NCBI GenBank assembly: GCA_051362555.1
Contig: CM120640.1
Location: forward strand, 61,048,788 to 61,112,787
DNA: 64,000 nucleotides
DNA from: Lingula anatina
Taxonomy: Eukaryota; Animalia; Brachiopoda
Direction of reading: 5' to 3'
Shown here: piece after piece, positions 14,301 through 26,500 of the stretch
Layout of the letters: the number at the start of each line of letters is the position of its first letter
How positions within the stretch are numbered: position 1 is the first letter of the stretch
Notes under the pieces: generated by a model
Databases searched by the model: none
Seen by the model: the letters and a program-made list of their open reading frames with translations, nothing else
What the model was told of the DNA's origin: nothing
Translations under genes and position numbers: made by a program

Positions 14301-16890
14301 ATAACAATTTTGGGCTAAAAACTGTTTCATAACTTGCAAACAGGAATAGCAAAAAAGTACTTTGAACTCCTTTTCCTTTGTGATTTACAAGTTATCTTTT
14401 GTGTTGCAGAGGAAGTCTACAATGATATCATTCAAAGCTCCTGTGGAGTATCCATGTAACTGTTCTTAGCAGTTAAATGTTACCTTCAAAACACTTTGAT
14501 TGATATTACTTTTGATCGACTCCCATTTATCAAAACAAGTTATGCCTGAAAACAAGTTAAGCTTTGTGCTGTGCTTATCCTAGTACATCTATCCCACCAC
14601 AAGAGCTGCTATTACGCATAATATCGCCCCACTGGGATTTACTCGTTCAGAAAGCCTGACAATAGGGTCAGAATCGAATGGATGACAATTTTCTTAAAGT
14701 GACTTCTGCTCTGGACACTTTAGGTGACCTAATGCTTTTTATGGCAACAATGACAGAACAGCATCTGATACAAATCTCATACCTCAAGCTATTTTAAGGC
14801 AATGTAGCAAAAACTTTTCCAAACTGAAATGAGACTAGCTTTGGAATGGAGAACAATCAGTATTTTCTTTATAATTGCAATACCTACAAACTTAACTGTT
14901 TTCTGCAAAAGAATGTCATTTATTTGTCATTTTTCTGTTGTATACAGTGCATTATTCAAATCCAAAGAAAACGAATTAACCATAATTAGTCAACCTTACA
15001 GAGCAAGACCACCAATGAAACTTTTATGTCACACTATGACTGCCCCATAAACTGGAGAGCGATAATTTAAATTCATTTATCACCAATGACCATCAAAGAC
15101 ATTTGTCTCACCACACTCCTCAGTCAAGTCTGCTAACTACAATAGAAAGAGATCTTTCGATTATCTGATATCATAGGAAGAAGTTGGGAGCTTTTGATCT
15201 TAGTTAGAATTACCTACCTATTTTCATTGGAGAAATCATATCTAGGCTGGGGATCGTCATCATTGCCATTAACATCATAACTTGCTTCAGAGTCCTAGAA
15301 GGAAACATAAAGTCAAATAAAGCAAATCAGTTTTGACTTCACTAGAAAACACCCCCCATTTTCCTTTGACATTCCACTGAAAATTAATCAGAAAAACATA
15401 AATTATGTTTGAAGCTGCAACATAAAGTTTATTATAATTAAATGAATAAAAAAGTGCAATTTATAAACAAAAAGAACAAAAACATGATAATTAATCTTAA
15501 AGAATTATACATAGATAGATTGCAAATTCCCAGTTCCCTGTGAGGTCAATCAGTACATTTTACAGGCAATGCGGTTACAATTGTTTTCTCTGATGATTTG
15601 TTACAGAAGATAATCTAATCTAATCCTGAACATCATAAACAGAGACCCCTGCTTCAAACCAGACAAGTGGCAGGAAAAACTCACAGAAAACTTGAGTAAC
15701 TATTCTAAGCAGGTACAATTTACACTTGGACATAACAATAAGTTCTCTATAAATAAGCACTTCCACACAGAATGAAATTATTGATAATTTTGTCTCCAGT
15801 CAATAAGGTGACTGCAGGAGTAGACGTGCAGTGGAGCATTTTAAAGGATGTTCTACAAACATACCTTGGTTGGGTGTAGCAATGGTGTTTTGAAAGTAGT
15901 ATCAAGTTAAGAGCAAACAAATTCTTTTAACAAGTGAAGTCATTAACTGAGTCAGGTGCTTTGCATTATCCAGTACTACACAACTTCTACAAGAAAGTCC
16001 AAAATGTATATGGCTTAGTGCAAACAGATTAGAGGCTGTATACTATCCACAAAACACCTGATACACAAGACAGCAACCTCCCAATTACTGTTATACAGGC
16101 TGCATTACTTACATAGTTTTTCTCCAAGTCTGGATGATCCTTTTCTATTCCATCATCTAAAATAGTGACAACCACCCCTTTGCCTGAGAAGCCATTTTCC
16201 CAAGCTGGTATGACATTCATTGTTAGCTCCAAGTCATTACGATTCTGAAATGTGAAAAGATATGAAAAATAAACAACCAAACATCAAAATATTTCTAACA
16301 TTAATCACCTCAAAAGTGCCAAGAGATATAATAGTTATCTTCAGCATTAACACTTAAAATTGTGGCAACTAAAAAAAAGTATATATGTATATACTAGTAT
16401 ACATTTTCTTTCTATTTAATCAAGCCCTACCTATCCTTGTGGGCAATCATGTTAAGTTAATAATCCACTTCACATAAAAAGCTACAGGCCTTCCTTCGTC
16501 AACATTATAGTGTTTATAAAACCATTGTAATTGCCTAAAGGAAACAAGTGACAAACCCCTTCAGAGGACAAAGTTGTACAGTGTTCAGATGCTGTAAACC
16601 CCAGTCACGAAGTTAATCAGTATTTTAGAACTCTTCCTTATTTGCAAAAGGACATTCATTGATAATTCTTTCAAAAGCCTGGGGTGGTCTTGCTTAAGAC
16701 AAGAAAAAAAAGGACATTTGACATGGAATGGTATGCTAGTGCTGATTTCCTTACATGTAAACTTCCTGAGGAGTGAGCTGGAGGTTGTAACCTTTTACAC
16801 ACTTAACACAGGACTTTTTCTATGTGTAGACATTAACAATTTATGTAAAAAGAGATTTGAAATGCACACTGACATATTCAAGACCTCTTT

Positions 16891-16942
<52 letters not shown>

Positions 16943-19900
16943 GTTCATCACAAAAAGGATATCCAAAGAATAGCATCATTTTAATCACTTTTTTAATTTA
17001 CCATTATGACAAATGTATAAACACAATAAGTGTTTTTTCCAGTGAATCATTTTAATGAGCAGTCACCATGAGCATCCAAAGCAAATAACATTATGGTCGT
17101 GCAACAACCAGTCTGTGAATGAACATCCTGTTCACTCCAATGTTCTGCAAGCCTGGCCAAAAAAATACAATTATTCCTGCAACAGATCAATAGGGATGAC
17201 TGGAAATGCTAGGCCCCATAGAAAGCTGGAGTAAGCATAGTCATATGATACATGTATTTACTGTATTCATAAGCTCCTTGGGAGATTCAAGACAAAAGGT
17301 TCAATGAGTGAAATTATTGAATTAGATAGTGGAACGCAGATGAAATAGAATTTGGCAGTAGAAATTATATTACAGGCGGATGAAACTGTCAATAATGCTA
17401 AAACATGTAATTTTATGGATTTTTATCAAAAAGTATTTCTCTTCACCTGGCAATATCTGAAAATAAAACAAGGTAATCATCATTTGGTGAGCAAATACTG
17501 GACCAAGAAAAAATTAAAATCAATAAACCACTACATCATTGGAATGTAGCTGCCCTCTACTTGAACTGGGCACACATAGCTCTTGTTAGCCATGGTGTTC
17601 CCACATGTCCTACAGACAATGATTTCTGTTTAATTTGCTTCATAAAACCCAGGGTAAATTTGTCAGTTCCTAACCTAATGACAGGGATAATAACTGGACC
17701 GCAAGGACAATTCACTAGTGGCCAATGACCTCAATGGTAATTCTTCTGTGGAATGTTCTGGGTGAGATGCACTAATGTCAGGGTTATTGAAATCAAAATA
17801 CAGAGCTGTCAATGCCACTTGGTGCTGGGTGTGTCTTTGTGAAAATGGGATGTCCCTGAGTGTTGCTTAATCAAAATTTGACTGGCAGATACCTGTTATT
17901 TATGGCCTAGGCAACTGTATGGGCCTCTTGGGATCCTGCTTAAAAACAGATGATGGATTAAGCAAACCCCATGAGCCCTGAGATGCCTTTATCAGATTCC
18001 ATAAAAAAACCAAATAATAATTCAGGCAAAGCCCACCAGAACACAATTCCTTGTAAAGTTCAATGATCCTTTTCACAAGAAAAGAACATTTCTTTGACCA
18101 AGCATTTATGGAACATGAAAATAACTGAGAGTAATTAAGTAGCAAAGGTGTTTCTTCCCATAATTTCATATTCAAAAGCACTTGTGCCAATGGCATACTG
18201 GGTTGCACGTGACAGCTAGCTCTCATTCAAAAAGCTTCTAAAATATTTTCATTGGTTTTCTTCTATTTAAATCTGTGATGAATGGTCTACATAAAAAGGT
18301 GGCTATAATGAAGACTTCAATCAATACCCCAAGGCAACAAGATAATGATTGTCCGCAAAAGGTATTACAGTACTTGTATCAGGCAGGCTATACAAAGAAG
18401 GCTACTATCTTTATTTCAAGATTAATGACCATGTATTTTTGCCCAGAGGCAGTGTCATGTAATGTCAAATTTAACAACTGGCTACTGGTCACCAATCTTG
18501 ATCTCTTATGGCTACCACTAATCCTTAATCATGTTGATTATGTTGACAGATATGGTCGTACTATGATGATTCATTGATCCTTAACTTGTCCAAGTGGGTG
18601 CTGATAAACAGAAAGGAAAATGGAAAGTGGTTGTTTCCACTGTATCTTGTCCTCTCACTTCCTGGTACACCAGGGTACCATGATGGACAGCCTATGTGGA
18701 AGCCTTACATGGTTACAAAATAGCCAATATACACTTAATACTGCTTAACAACAAAGACAGGCCCTTGAAAGGGAAAGACAGATAACCCTAAGTTAATGAA
18801 AATGTTGCATGCCATGTCTCTCTTTCTCTCTCTCTCACTTGCTTTTTTATTTATTTATTTTTTTTTTTAGAAATGTATTTCCTGGTAGAAATAATTCTTT
18901 AGACGGCCATAACCACACCATGACACTTATGACAAAAGATAAATTATAACAAATGAAAAATGTAACTTAACAAATATAGGGCTGATGTTGTGATCATACA
19001 AGAAATACAATAGCACTACTATACTTGTCTGAACTGCAATACCAGATATCTTTGTTTCCTCACAGAAAGTGTGCTACTGTTAGATCACATAACAAGCCAA
19101 TGTTCATTGATAGCCTGTGAGTACATTGGCTAAACAAGAACTGGAAGGTCATGAAATAGAATAAGCTTCATCTGTTTTATCTCCCTTAACTGGGTTCTTA
19201 TCCCAGTGCACTCCTGGGTGAATTTAGAACTTGGTCAAATGTTAGATAGCCAGCAGCACAGACATCTGAACATTAAATCTCCATGGGATGTTTATTATCT
19301 CAGGAACAAATATTCAGAAAAAAATTGATGTGAAAAAGCTCTTCTTAAAGCTGTGTTATGGTTTTTACCCACAATATTTGCGTAACAGAATATGTTCAGA
19401 GATTACTGCATTAAGATATCAACACAAACTTCTTTTATTTTGAACTGTTTTTCAGTTCATCTATAATGTCAATCAAACAAAACCAATCCTATAGCCTTAA
19501 GAGTAGGCTATGGCACATAGAATATTAACAAACCACATGTGCACCAAAGAACAGGAGATTTATGAAAGGAAGACCCCATCCATCTTGACCCCTTGTATCA
19601 TTAATAGATTAGGGCCTTAATGATAATTCTAATGCCTGAGGTGAGGATACCAAATACCTTACATCCTTATATATGTAACTAATATTTAAACAGTAATGGT
19701 GGGTTGCACCTAAAACAAATTCAACTAGACTGGTTGCACAGGTGGCCAGAAATCTACCCAGTTACAGAACTAGACCGTGATCTACCTTGATGGTAATAGC
19801 TGGTGAACCATGGAGAAACACCTGACATAACACCAATAGCTTGTAATATCAAGTTTATCTGACTAGAATACAAATATATAAACAAATGAATTATAGCCAG

Positions 19901-20477
19901 CACTAGAACCAGAGCTGCCTTGCACTTTCTTTGCATGTTGTGGTTTATGATATCTGAATTAGAGGTGATAGGAAGGCGTCTCTGATGGTGGGTAAGCCAA
20001 ATGGTGCATAAAGTTCATTCTCTATGTATTATTTTATAACTCGAGCTTTTCACTTTCAAAGCTGATATGCATTTTCAAGATGAGTTCAATAAAGCTGCCA
20101 TCTGTCACCATGGTGTCAGGGCTGTGTATATTTTGCATCAGCTTACATAATTGACAGGCCACTTCATGAATAATCCGAAAGCAGGCAGTGCTTAATGTGG
20201 ACTCATTGACTAGAATTTTAAGTGGTCGGAAATAATTCGGACTTTGGTGTCTATTACTTGTAAATGGTTATAGTGTGTGTGTGTGCGTGCGCGTGTTTAA
20301 ACTCCACTTTTGAATCAGGAGTGGAAACATATGCTTAGATTGGACACCCCACAGAAAGTAAGCTACACCTATTAACACCTCAGTACCAACATGTTGGCTA
20401 ATGAGTTAATACGGTAATGGCCACAGCACCTGTTTGGCAGGCAACTATAGGTTTGCTTGGTAAGGAGACCTTACATA

Positions 20478-20535
<58 letters not shown>

Positions 20536-23500
20536 TGTACAGACAAACTATTGAAGTGGCTTACCAACATTTTTTATGAAAAATAATTAATACTTTCAGA
20601 GAAATATCTGGTTCAGAAATATCTGGTTCAGCTATTCTTTCTTTCTTTCTTTTATACTCTGAGTCAATGTTATTCTGGAATTCTAATTGAGTTAACTTAT
20701 TCTGGGAACATACAGAGAGACAAATAAATAAATAAATAAATAAATAAGTAAATAAAATAAAAATGGTTATATGGGAAAAACTGACTACAAAAGAAATGGA
20801 TTTCAAAAGAAAAAAGACAATGGACATAACCAGAAAAATAATATTGCCACTAGGCACACTGTCTCATGTCCTGATTTTCTTATTCCACTGAGAGATGTCT
20901 AAATAATTGCTAGTCCCATCATCCGTGAAGATGCTTTCTCTGTAATGATTGCCTGAAACAAGTTGCATGCACAGCTGTGAGTTGCTTTATCTGCTCTAAT
21001 GAGTTTCACAGGATTATTAACAAGAAGCAGGTAAGACAGTATTTCATACCATAATATCTTATCAAGATTGCCACTCTGGCCCCAGGAGGATAAACTACAA
21101 TATCTTCAGTGGTAACTTGGATAGCCACCAAAAGAGTGACTTTCGAGTTTTGAGATTTCATTCTAGAATTTTTTTCTGTGAAGAGAGCTTATTATTTTAA
21201 GGAACAATAAACCCACCCTGCCTCTTTCAATCATTTTCTTCTGACAATGTAAATATTGATTGATACAAGACTTCCTGCAATTTACCTTCTACAATGACAT
21301 ACCCATCCTTAAAAAAAGATTCAGAGTGGAAAATTTTCCACACCTAACATCATTTGTGATAATTTGATAATAGATTTTCAAAATCAATATCAAACAGCTA
21401 GTGTACTGTGCTTAGTAGTAAGAAACCCTTATATTATATGATTTGGATTATGTAATTGATGTAACCAGTCACAGGCTGGTGCCTGCCGGAATCTCATTTT
21501 AGAAACACTTGCCACACATTGCACAAGAGTCTGGTCACCACCAATTACATCAAACAAAGAAAAATGAACATCTGTTTGAAGCATGGTACAATGTTCTCCA
21601 GGAACTATTACAAATGGAATCGATAAAATGTTGAAAGGAAATCTACCATAGAAACAAATTAGGTACTCAAAACTAGAAATTTATAGACATCTGATCATCA
21701 CCTGACTGAATACATGGTTGATTGATGTCGATGCCATTTTCATTGCTGAACAACAAATTGGATTGTGATAAAATGGACTTAAGTGTTGCAGAACAAATGG
21801 AAGACTTCCAATATTAGCTTAATTTCCATTGGATGATTTTGTCATCAAGTACAGATTTTAAATGACACTCAATACACATCTCCACTAAACAAGTTTATAG
21901 CTTGAAAAGGTTAGACACACTTTATTTGTTACATATACAGAAGTTCTATTAGCTATGTGGATCAAATATGTTCACAGTTCATTGCTCTTCTATAGCTATT
22001 TTTGAGAACAGAACACCATCTCTATCCTGAAAATGGATCAAATAAGGGTCTATTTTAATAGCATAGTATGCACCTCCTATTAATGTCAACATGGATAGAC
22101 TTTAACAAGTCTGTTTAGAGATGGGCTTTAATGCTGCTGTAGGGTTGGGCAACCAAGCATGAGGACTATAAATCATACACATAAAACTAACCTGTTTTTA
22201 AAGACAGTCACATTGTACATATTATATTTGAGTTGAAGTCTAGGCTTATGAATTTAACTTGCCTTTAGTTCAAGATGAACATTAATATTTTTTTGAAATA
22301 CTCTTAGAAACAGTCCATAGGCATTATTCTTAGTATAGAGAACCAGTAGTTACCAAGAGAGCGAGGGAGTCATCATTCACCCCATAGATTATTTTCCATC
22401 TTCACTTGAACAAAGTTAATCTATTTTCCATGCTGAAAGGGCATTTGGGTATGTTGAGCTATATCCTTATATTAGTTCATAATTCCAGAAACAAACACTG
22501 AAAGGAGATACATTGATTTACCGATTTCAAAATACAAGTTTTGTTTCACTCCTGACTGGACAAGAACAGAAATACCTTCCCATTTTGCCCCCACCCTCAG
22601 TACATACTCTTCATCCTCCAATTTTTTTCCTTTAATGACCTGCATTAAGTTGCCTTGCAAGATTACTGCATTTTTTCAGTATGTAATGAACAATGTTGAA
22701 AAACTACAGGATAACACTTAAATAAATTCTGATATTGTATTTCATACAATAAAACCAAGGTCTACAATACCCTAGGATTTTTTCTCCCATTGCCAGACCA
22801 CCTACTAAGTATTATTATGGCATAAACAGCTGCTTGGATTAACTGTCTGCAGTTTTCCTTATGATGGTGGGAGTACTAGCCATAAACCTCATTTCAGTGA
22901 TTAAAAGATACAGGCTGAAGTTTGAAAAAAAATGTAGAAGGGGTAATGCAAAGCATGCACAGAAACTCAAATAAATGCACCAGTGTGGGAAAACAGGTTA
23001 ACTTGCTGAATGGGATTAGAAAATGTGATTTACCAGCAGTTAAGAAAAAAGACTGACAAGTGCCTCTTCATTATTTAATCAATGTAACAAACTGTACATA
23101 ATAATAATACATAAAATTTATATCTCTACAAATAACTTTGAATAGGTCTTTGAAAAGTAAAATTATAAGAGCCCAGTCAGGCATGTTTCTTTTAATCACT
23201 CTGTGAGAACATGCTCGGCTACCAGCTAGCTGAAAGAAGCCGATAGAAAGCACATTTACAGATATGATAATGAAACAAAGTGCCTTTGGGTGCCAATGCA
23301 ATTCAACTGTGAAAAAGTACCAGCCTATCAACCTCCCACATGATCTTGTATTGATTTCCATGTGCTTCAAGTAGCCTGCCGCCAGTAAAAGTCTCTGGAG
23401 AAGATGGACCCAGCCACTTCCATCATGGGATATGGATACTCACACCGGGATATCCATTAAAACTTATTTATTCATTTGAGAGCTGGGTTTTACATATGCA

Positions 23501-26500
23501 TAATTTTTTTTCAAGGTTAATGTTTACACATATTTATAATAGAACATGGGCGTAACTAGGCATACGCACGGATGCACTGTGCATACAATTTTTTGGCCAA
23601 GCATGATATTATTTTATATAAATTTAGTGTATTTTTCACGGAATATAAAAGAAAATCCTCTGCTTATTAGAGTCACTTGTATGTACATATCCTCTGTATC
23701 AATTGAATAGGCACAATTGTTCTGCCCCCTCCCCCCCCGGTAATAATAATATTGAAACTTTTTTTAATTGCAAGAATATTTCTGACTAAATGATGATTTT
23801 ATTATTAATGGAAATTAAGCAGCGATAATTATATGCTATAATTACGCTGTCCTTCATCTCTTGCGTAAGTCAACATTTTGTTGGGAATTTAAAAAATCTG
23901 TGCATACAATTTTTAAAGATCTGGTTACGCCCCTGTAGAATGGTGATTAAATGTTTGCGGCAAAATAGATCCAAGTCCCATAGAACCTCAGCTCACTAAT
24001 ACCCCGTTCACACTACGCTCAGTTATCCGTATAAATTGCGAATTAGGTCACAATTCAAATAAATGCAGTAGTGTGAACGCAAGAGGATTTTTGTAATGCG
24101 CATTTTCAAAATCCTGCAAGCGAGGTGGATTTCTAAGCGCGATCCGGATAACTTACCGGAATCGACACCTGTACAGATCTAACTGCACATGTGTGCAGAT
24201 AAGTGCGGGTATCTATGAACGCTTGTTCATTACTTTAGCGATTGCACCAAACGTATTTGGAGGTCACCACTCACTACAACATGAGGAAACAAACTTATTT
24301 TGCCATCTTATACTTCTCAAGAATGCTGGAATGTCTTTAGAGTTGCATTTGTCGTCACAAATTTTTGTTGGTATTTTAAGATTTCCTGTGCGGCGCATGC
24401 GCCAGTGTTCAAAACAGGAAGTTAAACCTGAAATTTTCAACGTGTAATTCGGATTCGCTTAGCGTGTGTGAACGCAATACCGAATCAAATTCCTCACGAA
24501 AAATTCGGATTATAGAAATGCGCATTTTTGCAACTGTAGTGTGAATGGGGTATAAATTGTAATAAGCTTCTCCATCAGCCATTTTGTATTATTTGTACCA
24601 ATAGCAGCCAAAAACAGCATTTAAATGTAATAAGGTGTGATGATGGAGCAAGTACTTCCATAATCAATAGATAACAAACACCTCCATGTTTGTTAAATGC
24701 CTTATATCTTTAAAATGTCCATTCAACAGTGGGGGGAAAAAGTGGGGAAAAACAACTACACTTAACTGATACCAAAGAGGCATAAATATATGTATGCACA
24801 GACCCTCTCTACAGGATATCATGCTTATTTTCTGTGCAGTTACATGCCTAATATATAAAGACTGCCATCACTGGACTGTAGTGCATCTGGTCCTTATATT
24901 GTCAGAAAACAAGACCTGACAAACTTGGCAGGAGACTTTATTTGAAAAAGTGTGTTTTGCAAAAACAAGAGGTTAGTATATTACATGTACAGAATTTTTT
25001 GTCAATGATCCCTACCAACAATCTTTTGAACAACAACAACAAAGGAATATGCACATACGGCCATATACATATATATCTATTTATTGACCAAAGCCACTGC
25101 TCTTAAAAAACACTATTTCTTATGTCTGAAAACTGTCAATGTCTTATGGCACTTTGTCATTTCTAATTCCTGCCAATTACTAGCCAAAGAATCATGGATA
25201 ATCTGGGATAAGCGGACACTGTCCCATCAATTCCTGCAAAGTAAAAAGGGGTGCAATGTGACAAATTTGCCAGCAGGATCATTCATGCTTCAGCAGAGAA
25301 GGTAATTTGTTAACACTGTCCGAGCCTGGAGCCAACCACAAAGACTTTTACTTGTTTGACCATTTATACTGTATAGACAAGAATAACTTACTTTTATCAT
25401 TTTAATCACTTTCATGACTCTCTGAATAGATCTGTAAAGGAAAATAATACTAGTCCTGTGTACGTACTAGCACCAGTAATTTCTCATCTTGGTTGATACC
25501 AGACATCTACCTGTACCTTGTCACTAACAAGACCTAACAAGTCCTGATGCTTAAGTAGTGGGCTATTGTTCACCCCAAGCAATAAGGCAAAACATTATTT
25601 TTCATTAACAGATATACAAACATTGAAAGAAACAAAATGTCTGCTTCTTTAAATAAATTCTGTGAATATATAGGACTGCAATTTTTTCCACAGTTAACTC
25701 TAGTGGAGGAAAAAAAGAACAAAATATCCAGATGATAAAAAAAAGTTCACTCTGGTTAACATGGGCCAATTTTGACTTTTGCTGAGTTTACACTTACCAA
25801 ATACCACATGCGGTTCCAATATGGATCATTAAACTGGACATTTCTTTTAACTCTTTTCTTCACAACTTGCTGCTCCAGCCACTTTACCTAAAACACACAA
25901 AAAATATAACAAACATATCAATTGTGTAGTAGTTTGTGGTCATGACGAAAATAATTAAAAGGAAAACTATTTACCATATGTATCACATGTGCAGTAATTT
26001 CAAAGCTTGTCAGTAAAAAAACAAGAAGTCTATAAAACATGCACAGAAACTGAGACTTAAAAACAATGAGGAGAAATTATTTTCATGGACTGTGTCTTAA
26101 AAACATAAAATGCACCGCGCTAACAACAGAAAATATCAATTAATTGCATTTCTACTGAAATTCCCCTCAATTTTCCAACTTACCTAGACCATGGAATACA
26201 CAATATCTATGAACCTACCCTTTACAAGGTCACCATTACTGACATATTGACAATAAAGCAAAAGGTAAAATATATTTTATGCAGTAATGACTGTAAATTC
26301 TTACACCTCAATTTAACATTTGTCATGGCCATTTTTTTGGTAGATCCAATTATGTCAATAAAAATGTATTTTTACTATAAATCTTCTGTCTTGAAAAAGC
26401 ACTAATACTCTCCACATGAGAATATCATTTGGGTGTTGTTTTAATAAAGAATAGTGTCAATCTTTAATTTTAGGATATTTATGATTAACCAGCAAGTTCT

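Noticed and set aside
11281-20534. A48 and T52 tracts as complementary arms looping out furin exons 4-6
   Set aside because: Long homopolymers are common across the window and their lengths are assembly-sensitive; nothing links these two.
16718-25305. Numerous 60-108 aa ORFs in furin intron 3
   Set aside because: No domain resemblance, low-complexity AT-driven composition and no phase-consistent exon chain.
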